Below, in pieces: positions 36,604-50,625 of a stretch of 64,000 nt of DNA; position 1 is the first letter of the stretch, and every line of letters begins with the position of its first letter. The stretch is from Leucoraja ocellata (Eukaryota). The DNA lies in assembly GCA_036785375.1 (NCBI GenBank), contig JAWMAR010000384.1:806001-870000 (forward strand). Direction: 5' to 3'. A program made the position numbers and the translations under genes. The notes under the pieces are model-generated. The model was not told the origin of the DNA and made no database searches. It saw only the letters and a program-made list of their open reading frames with translations.

Positions 36604-37299
36604 GAGCAGATAATCTATGGAAAGAAAGCAGAGCATCTTTATTGGTACATTATGACTTGACGGGGATTTCAAATCCCGCACGAGATACCTTCAAAAATGG
36701 AGCATGCATTTCTATCAGTCATAGAAACATAGAAAATAGGTGCAGGAGTAGGCCATTCTGCCCTTCGAGCCAGCACCGCCATTCTATATGATCATGGCTG
36801 ATCATCTAAAATCAGTATCCCCGTTCCTGCTTTCTCCCCATATCCCTTGATTCTGTTAGCCCTAAGAGCTAAATCTAAGTCTCTCTTGAAAACATCCAGT
36901 GAATTGTCCACCACTGCCTTCTGTGGCAGAGAATTGCACAGATTCACAACTCTCTGGGTGAAAAGGTGTTTCCTCATCTCAGTCCTAAATGGCCGACCCC
37001 TTATTCTTAAACTTGGCCCCTTGTTCTGGACTCCCCAGTCATTCTGGATGAAGTCCAGATGGAGCTGACAATGTTTGCATCTTCCAATTTAAATAAAAGT
37101 CGACTGAATTACGGAAGGTTAGAGAAAGAAGTGTATTGATTTCTCTTTCATCAGAAGAACGTTTGACATTTGTTACAATGAGAAATCAACTTTTATTTCA
37201 AGTAATTTAAGTCACTTCATTAAACGCGGGGACAAGCAGTGTGGAGATTGCCTTCTTCACTGCTTTCAGTGACACATCCATGGGCTCCACCGAACAAGG

Positions 37300-38690
37300 T
37301 CCTTCCTGACAGGATATTCCCTAGGACATTGAGGGAAGTTAGTGTAGAAATAGCCGGGGCAATGACAGAAATATTTCAAATCTCATTAGGAACGGGGATA
37401 GTGCCGGAGGATTGGCATACTGCGCATGTTGTTCCATTGTTTAAAAAGGGTTCTAAGAGTGAATCTAGCAATTGTAGGCCTGTTAGTTTGACGTCAGTGG
37501 TGGGCAAATTAATGGAAAAGGATACTTAGAGATAATATATATAAGCATCTGGATAAGCAGGGTCTGATTAGGAACAGTCAACATGGATTTGTGCCTGGAA
37601 GGTCATGTTTGACTAATCTTCTTTAATTTTTTAAAGAGGTTACATGGGCAATTGATGAGTGTAAAGCAGTGGATGTTGTCTATATAGACTTCAGTAAGGC
37701 CTTTGACAAGGTTCCTCATGGAAGGTTGGTTAAGAAGGTTCAATTGTTGGGTATTAATGGTGGAGTAGCAAGATGGATTCAACAGTGGCTGAATGACAGA
37801 TGCCAGAGAGTAATGGTGGATGGCTGTTTGTCAGGTTGGAGGCCGGTGACTAGTGGGGTGCCACTGGGATCTGTGTTGGGTCCACTGTTGTTTGTCATGT
37901 ACATCAATGATCTGGATAAATTGGATTAGTAAGTATGCAGATGATACTAAGATAGGTGGTGTTGTGGATAATGAAGTAGTTTTTCAAAGTCTACAGAGAG
38001 ATTTAGGCCATTTGGAAGAGTGGGCTGAAAGATGGCAGATTGAGTTTAATGCTGATAACTTTGAGGTGTTACATCTTGATAGGACAAATCAAAGTAGGAC
38101 GTACATGGTAAATGGTAGCAAATTGAGGAATGCAGTTGAACAGAGGGATCTAGGTATAACTGTGCCTAGTTCCCTGAAGGTGGAATCTCATGCAAATGGG
38201 GTGGTAAAGAAAGCTTTTGGTGTGCTGGCCTTTATACATCAGAGCATTGAGTATAGAAGATGGGATGTAATGTTAAAATTGTACAAGGCATTGGTGAGGC
38301 CAATTTTGGAGTATGGTGTACAATTTTGGTCGCCTAATTATAGGAACGATGTCAACAAAATAGAGAGAGTACAGAAGAGATTTACTAGAATGTTGCCTGG
38401 GTTTCAGCAACTAAGTTACAGAGAAAGGTTGAACAAGTTAGGTCTTTATTCTTTGGAGCGCAGAAGGTTAAGGGGGGACCTGATACAGGTCTTTAAAATG
38501 ATGAGAGGGGTAGACAGAGTTGACGTGGATAAGGTTTTCCCCATTGAGAGTAGGGAAGATTCAAACAAGAGGACATGACTTGAGAATTAAGGGACAGAAG
38601 TTTAGGGGTAACATGAGGGGGAACTTCTTTTCTCAGAGAGCGGTAGCTGTGTGGAATGAGCTTCCAGTGGAACTGGTGGAGGCAGGTACG
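37300..38690 (+). mobile_element. CR1 LINE (different subfamily), degenerate
   Basis: [20 protein letters not shown] and LEYGVQFWSP motifs. Confidence 0.9.
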
Positions 38691-39249
38691 AATTTGACCT
38701 CAACTGAGCGTTACGACAATATTTACTTAGTGAGGTCATAGATCACCTTGCAATGAAGCTCTAGCCATCATGGTTAGAGTGAAAAACGTCACTGTTTTTT
38801 TTTTATTGAGAAGAGCTATCATCTTATGTATTGATCTCAGGTCGCTTTACCCACTCTGGTCTCAGAGCCGGTGATTCCAACCACAGCAGCCTCCTGAAGG
38901 CAGAGATGTGTGATTTTACTGAGACCAATGTGATGATACAATTGAGTCTGGTTTAGATTTTTAGTTCAGGGTCAATGCCGAAGGCAGACCGAACATCTTA
39001 AACAGAGATTGATCAGATACAGTGAGAAATCATGTGAAATAATTACTATATTGTATCCTTGTCTGCTACTGACAGCCAAACGGGAGGGAGCAGGAGAGAT
39101 TCACACCGTGTATAATCCATAGCACCTAGTGTACAATTTCATAATATATACTAAATAACAGGGCTGACACACCTTGGCTGGGAACCTGGGGCCCACCAAA
39201 ATAGTTCCCAATTGGGCCCCGCACACCTTAAGGCCGGCCCTGCCTGGGC

Positions 39250-40075
39250 AGGTTGAGTGAGTGGGCAGATGCGTGGCAGGTGCAGTATAATATAGATACA
39301 TGTGAGGTTATCCACTTTGGCGACAACAACAAGGGAAAATATTATTATCTCTATGGGGTTAGGTTAGGTAAAGGGGAGGTGCAGCGAGACGTGGGCGCCT
39401 TGTACACCAGTCACTGAAAGTTGGCGTGCAGGTACAGCAGGCAGTGAAGAAAGCTAATGGAATGTTGGCCTTCCTAACAAGAGGATTTCAGTATAGGAGT
39501 AAAGAGGTTCTTCTGCAGTTGTATAGAGCTCTGGTAAGACCACATCTGGAGTATTGTGTGCTGTTTCGATCTAATTTGAGGAAGGATATCCTTGTGATTG
39601 AGGCAGTGCAGCGTAGGTTAACGAGATTGACCCCTGGGATGGCGGGACTGTCCTATGAGGAAAGATTGAAAAGACTAGGCTTGTATTCACTGGAGTTTAG
39701 AAACATATACAATTATAAAAGGGCTGGACCAGCTAGATGCAGGAAAAATGTTCCCAACGCGGGGCAAGTCCAGAACCAGGGGCCAGAGTCTTAGAATAAA
39801 GGGGAGGCCATTTAAGACAGAGGTGAGAAAAACTTTTTCTCCAAGAGAGTTGTGAATTTGTGGAATTCCCTGCCACTGGAGGCCAAATCACTGGATGGAT
39901 TTAAGAGAGAGTTAGATAGAGCTCTAGAGGCTAGTGGAATCAAGGGATATGGGGAGAGAAAAGGCTCGGGTTATTGATTGGGGACGATCAGCCATGATCA
40001 CACCGAATGGTGGTGCTGGCTCGAAGGGCCGAATGGCCTCCTCTGCGCCTATTATCAATGTTTCTATTTTTCTAT
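39250..40075 (+). mobile_element. CR1 3' part (G3 3' flank)
   Basis: ORF2 C-terminal motifs and tail; inverted paralog of 34508-35020. Confidence 0.88.
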
Positions 40076-41836
40076 GAAAAGATTCAGAACAAATGAGACC
40101 CGATATCGATCACCTGGGAAAGGTGCAGTTCACAATAGATAACCAAGACACTAGGAGAACGGAAGGAAAAGGCAAGGATGGGAAGACTCAAATCTTTGCT
40201 GTCGGCTCCTTCATAAAAATTAGAAGCAGCAGAAGAAATTGGGAAGAAAATGGGCATAATAATGGCAGCTCGAGTGTAATCGGAACTGGTTCCTTTGAAC
40301 ATGGAAGGTATAATGGTGATTTGAATGAGGGGCATAGTCAAGGCTTTTCAATTGACCAATTTGTTCCGAGCGAAAGAATGCTCAGTATTTACAAGTTACA
40401 GATTTAGAGGAATTTCCAAAATAACTAACGACCAGGTGAGCAATTGCAGATATGTGACGATTTATTAGAATCAGCAAATAATGCCTACAATCCGGATCAT
40501 TTAGAAAAATAAGGCACATAAAGCTGGAGTAACTTAGTGGGTCAGACAGCATCTCTGGAGAAAATGAATACGTGACATTTCGGATCGAGACCCTTCTTCA
40601 AACTGTCTGAAGAAGGGTCTCGCCCCAAAACGTCACCGATTCCTTTTCTCCAGAGATGCATTCTGACCCGCTGAGTTACTCCAGATGTTTGTGTCTATCT
40701 TTGCTTTAAACCAGTATCTGCAGCTCCTTCCCATTCATTAAGACTTAAGCCCAGGTTGCTCATGTAACGTGAAAATAATTGGGAATAAAGCTTGGAATAA
40801 GTGAAAAGCGATTTGTGACAGAGGTCAGGGGTTTGTCCGGGACTGATTGTCCTCTAACTATAGCATATAGTTCCCTCATTGTTCGCTATTAACCCCGCCC
40901 CTGTCCTATTCTCTCTCCCCCCTCCCCTCTCTCTCTCTCTCTTTCTGCACGTGTCTATATGAAGCTGCCGTGCACTCATCGCATCTTTCTGTAGATATTA
41001 CCTTGCTTTATTGAGAGTGTTGTTACCCAGTTCTAGTGTAATACCACCGTGAGACACGTGCACGCCACATACAAACTCAGTGGCAGTTCTGCTAACGCCA
41101 ATAATCACTCCGTTTCTTTAAAGCTGACAATCAGAAGACCTAAAGAAGAAATAAAGTTTAATGATTGTAAATATTTAAATACAAACCCCGTCACCGATTA
41201 GTGTGAAAGTCACGGCCTTCTGTGATGAAGGATGGAGGTGCCATGCTTAGTGCGAGGGGTGTAAAGGGGAGGTGCGAACAACCCATCAGTTTACAGAAAC
41301 CTGCTGATATGTTGGGAATTAATGGCGTTTCCAAATTTCCAGATTTCCACGTATGGACACCTATTTTATTTAATTATGTAGCGGTACACCTTGTGAACAA
41401 AGACATATTTAACAAACCCTGAACGCACGAGGCTGGTAGGGACGTTTGTTTTATTTATTTTTTTAAACAGCCTGAAACGTCCAATCTATTTCTCACTTCC
41501 CACATACCGCCCGACTTACTGAGTATTAATAGTATTTTCTGTTTATTTCTGTGATATTTTGGGGTTTAAGACCACGTTTGCTCTGCTTGGTTTATATGGT
41601 TCTTTGTCTGATTCATGTTGCACAAGAACGGACAAAGCGCTGTAGAACGCGTGGTATAAATGGACGAGTGGCCCACTACTGTTGTACGACTGTAATTAGT
41701 GATCGAAATAGAGAATCAAAATCAGTGTTGCTCGCTCAGATCTACGAGACAACGCAACCCGTGTTAAGCCATCATGGTTCGGGTCATAAATAAAACTGAG
41801 GGAATCAACAATGCATTTGAAATGCGTTTTTTAAAC

Positions 41837-41842
41837 TTTATT
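41837..41842 (-). terminator. G3 polyadenylation signal
   Basis: TTTATT on the plus strand, homologous to the G2 site. Confidence 0.6.
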
Positions 41843-42107
41843 CAACGGCTACAAAGATACCATGGGTACAATAACAACATCCATGCTGTTGGATAACGCA
41901 ATTGAATCTACTTGATGCTTCATTCAAGAACGACATTCTTTCGAAAGAACTACATTTAAAGTGAACAAGTCATAAAAATCGAAGTTTCAACTACAAATGG
42001 CATTTCTGACCGAAAACACCGAAGTCCAATACATTACTAACTTTGTCACATGAACGAACCCAATGATGATAAACTAACTTAGTCAGGTCAGCCTCACGTT
42101 TCCAACA

Positions 42108-43854
42108 TCAGGTACAGCTGGATCTCTCGATATTTGTCTTAAGTGGGTTTGCCTGAGCCTGGTGTGTAACCACACAGGAGTAAAGGTCGTGTAAGTTCCA
42201 GTCTGAGGCTGTCAGAGTCAGGTAACTGCTGAGACTGAACGTGTTGTCCTTATCCTGCTGGATCGGGCTGGTCTCAACGTCGCTATTTCTTGCACTGCCG
42301 TCGACTGTCCACTCAACGGCGACCGAGCCCGGATTAAAGCCGTTCACCAAACACACCAGGGTGGCGGTGCCCTTTGAGGTAACTTCATCGGCTGAAGGCG
42401 GCAGGACCGTCACGATCGGTGCCCGAGGATCTGTTTAATAAGAAGTCACATTTAATTGGAGAAATGCTGTCGTTGAGATATAATAATTTACCGAAAATAC
42501 ATCTCATTAAAGCACTCATTTATTAATTTATAGAAATGTCGTTTTATTCGCGACCTATTTCAAACCATTATAGTGTGTTTATTGTAATTGGGTGAACAAT
42601 AAATAAAGTGCGTGAAAGCAACTAAAATAGATCCTGTCTACCCTCTGTATAAACACCGGGAAACCATCTGTGATACATCATGGCTGCAGTATTTTATAAA
42701 ACTGAATACATTATTATAACTTTTATAATGTTCATTTTAATACACATTTCCGGATTTACATTTATTTAAATATATCAGCAGATATAAACGATTCGCGGTC
42801 GCGACATTTATAATAACAGATTTAAACTTATTTAATTGTCGGCACCATTGAGATGGAGTTCACAAGCAAGAATTACATTGTAGTTCGAATGTTCATTTAT
42901 ATTTGAAATACACGGCTGCATCCACGAAAAGCTGCTCTACGTATTAAACACAATTTCTGAAGGAAATGTGCGAAACTTTCTCCTTTCGCATTTGGCATTT
43001 TGATATCCTTGTTAAACCAGTCAACCGGATTTTTGACAGTGTTGAATATTGACGTTGGTGAACCCCGTTACCCAAGCAATTTCCTTTCATATCTGGACAA
43101 TCACTGCAAATATTTCCGCAATTTATTGAACGAAGCTCAAGACAAAGCATTAGCTCGCTATCCCAGTCATTTCACTGAGTTATGTCCAAGTGAACTCGGA
43201 ACATCTGTACAGCAAGATCGCACCATCTGCACTGAAATACAACTGCCCCAATCACGTATCATGTGAACTCAGGACATTAAATCAAGCAATATCTGCATTA
43301 AAAGAAAAAGAAAACTGCCGATGAATATATTTTACTTACCGCCAATACCCAGCCTCGTTCCTTTACCAAAATGTAAACCACTATCCCATTTGGCACAGTA
43401 ATAGTCAACAGCATCCACCGATTGAACACTAGATATTGCGAATGTTACAGAGCTGCCTGACACCGAGATGGAAAAACGGTCTGGAATGTCCGTGCCTTTA
43501 TAAATGGTGCCGCCGGTAGTATGGACGAATAAAAACTTGGGAGTTTTGCCAGGAATTTGTTGGTACCACGAGACATAGTTAGCGCCCGAACTTGTGCCCG
43601 ATATGGTGCAGGGTATTTGAATGTTCTGTCCCGTAGAGGTGGACATCGAAGGCGGCTGAGTTACTGTAACAGCCGCGCTTATGTCTGAGAAAGGAGAAAT
43701 ATCAGAAAAAAAAGAAAATTGTTCAGTTTGTTGAAGTGTGGGAGATAAGCCCAAATTAATGGTGAACAGAAATAAGCATAATGTCCAGGGAAGTAAAATA
43801 CTCACAAACTGCGCAAAACACCAACGCACCGACCACACGGATCCAATAAGACAT
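42108..43854 (-). CDS. IgL: Ig light chain gene G3, germline-joined VJ (leader 43854-43806; VJ exon 43684-43340; C exon 42430-42108)
   Basis: Reverse strand carries intact leader, VJ (CAKWDSGLHFGKGTRL) and C exons with GT/AG sites. J-C intron is 909 nt. Confidence 0.95.
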
Positions 43855-43930
43855 GTTCATTAACCGACTGAGCTCCGATGGGGCGGCAGTTTCCAGGACA
43901 AGTGGCGTGTAATCTTGCTCTCTGGCTCTC

Positions 43931-44023
43931 TTTATAAATGGAATGACGATATGTCACCGTGTGTTTAATTATCCAAACCAATCAAACCGGTATGCTCGTC
44001 GAAGCCAATCAGAAATTGCCAGA
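43931..44023 (-). promoter_or_regulatory. G3 promoter
   Basis: On the plus strand: TTTATA 43931-43936, CCAAT at 43978 and 44005. Confidence 0.7.
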
Positions 44024-45469
44024 TTCTTCCTCAAAATATTCGCCCCTGTGAAACACGCAGGTCTTATTTTAAAGACTTGTATTTCTAAAAAGCTTCATAC
44101 ATCCAGCAGAATGAAAAGGATTGTCACAGTTGTCCCTTCTTTATAAACAAACAATCTATAATGTTCTGTATGATCCCCCCGCAGATATACACTAAACAGA
44201 TTGCGAGTTTTAAATATTAAATTCGGTAACTGTTTAATCAACAATGAAAACGGAATGGAAATATTTTATCTAAACGGACCAACTGAATCCGTATCGCTGA
44301 TTTCCTTCGCTCCCTCACCCGCTGAGTTTCTCCAGCATTTTTGTCTACCTCCGTATCGCTGAACATAACATGATCACAGTCACAGCATCAGCATTGTTTT
44401 ATTTAAAAAGCACATTAAATCTATATTTAGATATCTTTGTCATTTTAGAAATGATAAACCCCACAGGCTGCCCTTCTACTTGTGTATCAGATCATTTAGA
44501 AAGGACCTGGGGAGAAAGAACATCACTACAAATGTCAGTAAAGTTGCAGTTTTGGAGGCAACTTAGACTACCCGATGTGTGTCGCGCTTGGAAAAGCGGT
44601 CTGTGATACTCTCGTATTGTAATGCGCAGTAATTCACGAGACTTGCCTCGACTCAAAGTTGAAAGGTTGCCTGTGCCAAATTAATGCATGTATGAGTGAA
44701 GTAAAAGGGGTCATATTGGCTCTCACCGACCACTTCCAGAGTTCTTTCGACTTTGTAGTACGACAGGACGACAGGAATTCAACACACAGCACATCCATAT
44801 TCAATTAAAGTTGTATAGAACACGGGCACTCCAGCACTCCAGCTATCTGGCAAAACTGACAAGGGAGAAACGCGAAGAGCGGTTTTCGGGAAATAGCGGG
44901 TGAGAAAAATAATTACAATTAATAATTGTCCTTAAATTGTCATGAAACTAGATTAGTTTATCGGTGAACATGACTGGTCAGCGATCCATTAACTTAACCG
45001 TTCATCCTTTCACCACTACGTTTTCCCCATGACCTGCCTGGGATTTCCCAAGTAGCTCCGGTTTCCTCCCACACTACAAAGACAGTAGGTTCATTGGCTT
45101 GGGCAAATTATATATTGTCCCTAAAGTGTGTAGGATAATGTTAATGTGCGGGGACTGTTGATCAGTGGGTAGAAGGGCCTGTTTAGGCGCTGTATCTCCA
45201 AATTAAACTAAAGTGACTACAATGTGTACCATCTACAGAATGAGCTGTAATTACGCGCATAAGCCACTCTGAACGTCGGTATGTTACTACGATAAGCAAG
45301 TTTACCTAATGTTTATTTACACTGGTCCCTGCTCTCACCGTCCTCATCCTTCTCTCACTGCTGCACGTTTTAAACTTTGCAACGTGAACACGCGAAAGAT
45401 TGCACTGGCTCATGGCTGCTCATTATTACCTCCCCAAACGCCGATCCGCATAGGCTGCATGATGCCCCA

Positions 45470-46400
45470 TAGAGTCAAAGGGAGTCATGGAGTCATAGAG
45501 TGTGGAAACAACGCCGTCGGTCCAACCTTCCCACATCGGCCAACATGTCCCATCTACACTAGTCCCACCTGCCCGTATTGGGTCCATATCCCTCCAAATC
45601 TGTCATATCCATGTACATGTCTTACTGTTTTGTTAAACGTTGGGATAGTCCCTGGCACAACTACATCCTCTGGCTGCTTGTTCCATACACCCACCACCCT
45701 CTGAGAAAAATTGACCCCTCAGATTCCTATTGAATCTTTGCCCTGTCACCATAAACCTGGTCCTCGATTCACCTACTCTGGACAAGGGACTGTGCATCTA
45801 CTCGATCTATTCATCTCACGACCCTATACACCTCTATGAGATTTCCCCTCATCCTCTTGCGCTCCAAGGAATAGAGTTTCAGCCAATTCAACCCTTCCCT
45901 ATACCTCAGACCCTCTAGTCACGGCAACATCCTCGTAAATGTTCTCTGTACCCTTTCCAGCTTGTCGAAATCTTTCCTATAGGATGGTGCCCAGACTGAA
46001 CACAATAATCTAAATGTGATGTCACCAACGTCTTATACATCTGCAACAAGACCTCCCAATCTCTATATTACACGGGCTGATGAAGGCCAATGTGCCAAAA
46101 GCCTTTTTGACCACCCGATCTACCTCGACTGCATAGGTCCTGCCCATGTTAAGCTTCCCAAAATAAAACACTTCACATTTCTGTGCATTATATTCCATCA
46201 ACCATTCCTCAGCCTACCTGGCCAATTGATCCAGATCCTGCTGCACTTTTTCACAACCATCTCCACTATCTGCAAAACCTCCCACGTTTGTATCATCTGC
46301 AAACTTGCTAATCTTACCAAGTATGATCCCATTCAAATCATTGATATAGATGACAAACGTTAACGGGCCCAACACCGAACCCTGAGGCACACCCCGTGTT
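45470..46400 (-). mobile_element. CR1 fragment upstream of G3
   Basis: [10 protein letters not shown] and KFADDT motifs. Paralogs at 11630-12150 (internally deleted) and 56265-58060. Confidence 0.85.
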
Positions 46401-47557
46401 ATTCCAGCACTTTCTGTTTTATCATGATTCCAGCATCCGCAGTTCCTTGTGCCTCTGTGTTCCCAAATTTGGATGGGCAATAAATACTGCGTTCCCAGAG
46501 ACGCGATCATCCTACAAATGAATAACGTTGATGAATTCGATGTGACCAAGTGAGATAGAAACATAGATAATAGGTGCAGGAGGAGGCCATTTGGCCCTTC
46601 GAGCCTGCACCGCTATTCATCGTGATCATGGCTGATCATCCACAATCAGTAACCCTTGCTGCCTTCTCCCCATATCCCTTGATTCCGTTAGCACCGAGAC
46701 CTCTATCTAGCTCTTATAAAATCATCCCGTGAAAAGGACTTTACTGCCTTCTGTTGCCGAGTATTTCACAAATTCACAACTCTCCAGGTGAAAGTTTTTT
46801 TCCCTCTCAGTTTTAAATGGCCTCCCTTTTATACTTAGACTGCGGCCACTGGTTCTGGATTTTACATGATTTTTCCTGGATCTGAAACTTTTGAGGACGT
46901 AACAAGTAGAATGGAAAAGGCAGAGCCAGTTGATGTGTTGTATCTGTACTTTCAAAAATCCTTTGACAAGGTGCCACACAAGAGATGAGTGTGAAAAATT
47001 AGAGTACATGGTATTGGGAGTAGGGTATTGACATGGATAAGGAACTGGTTGGCTGGCAGGAAGCAAAGAGAAGGAATTAATGGGTCCTTTTCAGAATGGC
47101 AGGCAGTGACTAGTGGGGTGTCGCAAGGCTCAGTGCTGGATCCCCAGTTATTTACAATGTATATTAACGAGCTTGATTAGGGAATTATAAGTAACATTTC
47201 CAAGTTTGCGGATGACACAAAGCTGGGTGACAGTGTGAGCTGTGAGGAAGGTGGTATGGGGCTGTAGGGTGACTTGGATAGGTTGGGTGAGCGGACTAAC
47301 GTCCTCATTCAAATCGCCATTATACCTTCAATGTTCAAAGGAACCAATTCCGATTACTCTCGAGCAGCCATGATCATGCCCAATTTCTTTTCAATTTCTT
47401 CTGCGGCTTGTAATTTTTCTGACGGAGCCAACAGCAGACATTTGAGTCTTCCCGGCCTTGCCATTTTCTCTCGTTCCCCCAGTGTCCTGGTTGTTCATTG
47501 TGAGCTCCAACTTTCCCTGATCGTCGATGTCGGGTCTCATTTGTTCTGAATCTTTTC

Positions 47558-49795
47558 ATAGAAACATAGAAAATAGGTGCAGAAGGAGGCCATTCAGCCC
47601 TTCGAGCCAGCACCGCCATTCATTCCGATCATGGCTGATCGTCCCCAATTAATAACCAGTGCCTGCCTTCTCCCCATATCCCTTGATTCCACTAGCCTCT
47701 AGAGCTCTATCTAACTCTCTCTTAAATCCATCCAGTGATTTGGCCTCCACTGCCCTCTGTGACAGGGAATTCCACAAATTCACAACTCTCTGGGTGAAAA
47801 CGTTTTTTCTCACCTCAGTCTTAAATGGCCTCCAAGACTGTGGCCTCTGGTTCTGGACTGGCCCCAGCATTGGGAACATTTTTCCTGCATCTAGCTTGTG
47901 CAGTCCTTTTTATAATTTTATATATTTCCATAAGATATCCCCTCATCCTTCTAAACTCCAGCGAATACAAGTCTAGTATTTTCAATCTTTCCTCAAAGGA
48001 CAGTCCCGCCATCCCAGGGATCAATCTCGTGAGCCTCCGCTGCTTCAATCACAAGGATGTCCTTCCAAAACTGTACGCAATGCTCCAGATGTGGTCTTAC
48101 CAGAGCCCTATACCACTGCAGAAGAACCTCTTTACTCCGATACTGAAATCTCTTGTTATGAAGGCCAACAGTAGCTTTCTTCACCGCCTGCTGTACCTGC
48201 ACGCCAACTTTCAGTGACTGGTGAACAAGGACGCCCAGGTCTCGCTGCACCTCCCCCTTACCTAACCTAACCCCATTGAGATAATAATCTTCTCCCTTGT
48301 TGTTGCCGCCAAAGTGGATAACCTCACATTTATCTATATTATACTGCATCTGCCACGCATCTGCCCACTCACTGAACCTGTCCAGGTCACCCTGCAACCA
48401 CCTAACATCCTCTTCACAGTTCACACTGCCACCCAGCTTTGTGTCATCCACAAACTTGCTAGTGTTGCACCTAATTCTCGCTTCCAAATCATTAATATAT
48501 ATGGTAAACAGTTGCGGCCCCAACACCGAGCCTTGCGGCACTCCACTCGCCACTACCTGCCATTCTGAAAAGGACCCGTTCATTCCTACTCTTTGTTTCC
48601 TGTCAGCCAACCAATTTTCTATCCATGTCAACACCCTATCACCAATACCATGTGCTCTAATTCTAGTCACCAGTCTCCCGTGCGGGACCTTATCAAAGGC
48701 TTTCTGAAAGTCTAGATACACTAAATCCACTGGCTCCCCTACATCCATTTTACTTGTCATATCCTCAAAAAATTCCAGAAGATTATTCAAGCATGATTTC
48801 CCTTTCATACATCCATGTTGAGTTGGACTAATCATTTTACTGCTATCCAAATGCTCCATTATTACATCTTTAATAATTGACTCCAGCGTCTTTCCCACCA
48901 CCGAAGTCAGGCTAACTGGTCTGTAATTCCCCGTTTTCACTCTCACTCCTTTCTTGAAAAGTGGGATAACATTAGCTATCCTCCAATCCACAGGAACTGA
49001 TCCTCAATCTATTGAACATTGGAAAATGATCACCAGTGCGTCCAATATTTCTAGAGCCACCTCCCTGAGGAACCTGGGATGCAGACCTGCTTGGATTCCT
49101 TTCCAGTCTACCTTGGCCAGCTCCTCTCTCATGCCTTCATGGTCCCCTTTGTTCAACTGCATCACTGACACTTCCAATTTAACATTCTCCTTCTCAAATT
49201 GCAGATTAAAACTAATCATATTATGATTACGACCTCCAAGCGGATCCTTTACCTCGAGTTCTCTTATCAAATCTGGTTCATTAGACAACACTAAATCCAG
49301 AATTGCCGTTTTTCTGGTCGTCTCCATTACAAGAGCTCTTAGAATCCATCTCGGAGGCACTCAGAGAGAGTTTGCAGAAACTCTCTTTCTTGGGATCCTG
49401 AACCAACCTGATTTCCCCAGTCTATCTGCATATTGAAATCCCCCATCACCACAGTGGCATTACCTTTGTTACATGCCAGTTTTAACTCCTGCTGCAACTT
49501 ACACCTTACATCCGGGCTACTATATGGGGGTCTGTAGATAACATCAATTAGTGTCTTCTGGCCTTTACAATTCCTCAACTCAATCCACAGTGCCAATGTC
49601 TTCCTTCGCAAGGGACTGAATCCCATCCCTCACCAGCAGAGTTACCCCACCCCACCTTTGCCCACGTGCCTGTCCTTTCTTTTCCATAGGACGTATAACC
49701 CTGAATATTGTTCCCAGACCCGATCCTCCTGCAGCCACATCAAAGTAATCCCCACAATGTCATATCTACCAACCTCTAACTGAGCCTCAAGCTCA
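47558..49795 (-). mobile_element. CR1 LINE, endonuclease to 3' end, degenerate
   Basis: VIYRPP, MGDFN and LDLVL endonuclease motifs plus a 332-aa RT ORF; paralog at 59967-61232. Confidence 0.92.
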
Positions 49796-50625
49796 TCTAT
49801 ATCTGTATTCTATATCTATATCTATCTATCTATATTTAAAACTCTGTGGCAGGCTGGCTGTGTGTGTTCTGCCTGACTTGTGGTTGCCAGCCTTTGATTC
49901 GTTGCTACCCCAACACCAGACGCAGAAACGCCCAGATGTTTTCCATTTCGGTAGAGATTTCACTTATCATTCCAAGTATCCACTGCATAAATTTCGTCGT
50001 GTTTATGTACACATTATTAATAAAATCCTTCTCCCCCCGCCCCCCCCCCCCCCCCCCCCGCCATTAAAAAAAAGCTCTCACCCATAGAATGTTGTTGAAC
50101 GTTCACAATGCCCAATGCTCACAGTTGTCCAATCGGAATGGATCATTTACATATGCCTTTGCAGCAGCCCCAGCCCCAGCCCCTCCCCCCACCCCCGCAG
50201 CCTGTGTCGAAGCGCGTCATCACGTGTGTGGAATAGACAAAGAGGATTGGGGGTGATAGGGAATGGGGAAGGGATGGACTGTCCCTACCCCTCCCCCTTC
50301 CACTCTCCCTCCACACTATTTCCCCTCTCTCCCCCGCCCCTCTCCCCCTCCCTCCATACTCTTCCCCCTCCCTCCCCTACCCCATCTCCCTCCCCCACAA
50401 CTCTCTCCCCCTCCCCTCTCTCCTCCCCTCACCACCCCACCCCCCCCCCCCTGCACCCACCCCACATCCCTCTCTCCCCCCCACCCCCCTCAATCTCTCC
50501 CCCCCGCCCCCTACCCCTGTCCCTCTTCCACCACGCCCCTATCCCCTCTCCCCCCCTGCAGCCCCCCCCCCCCCCCGCAAACGCGCGTTGGGGAAACAGA
50601 CCCAACGGGTCTGCACTTGGTCTAG
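49796..50625 (+). mobile_element. Non-autonomous Helitron-like element, followed by a truncated head-to-tail copy to about 50990
   Basis: Starts at A|TC (TCTATATC...). Hairpin CAGACCC-AAC-GGGTCTG at 50597-50613, CTAG|T end at 50622-50625. Paralog ends at 61989-61992. Confidence 0.7.

Noticed and set aside
40093-40407. Recurrent ORF MRPDID..NWEENGH (also 51841 and 63024)
   Set aside because: Recurrence is explained by recent segmental duplication. Lengths vary, the G2 copy is frameshifted, and I recognise no domain.
41222-41793. Short repeated ORFs (MMKDGGAML.., ..SDRNRESKSVLL..) and MTICHRVF.. antisense to the promoters
   Set aside because: Antisense by-products of duplicated Ig flanks with no coding signature.
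47993-48991. 332-aa reverse transcriptase ORF as an active or domesticated gene
   Set aside because: The catalytic motif reads FVDD, the element is frameshifted and truncated, and its paralog is internally deleted; an ordinary CR1 relic.
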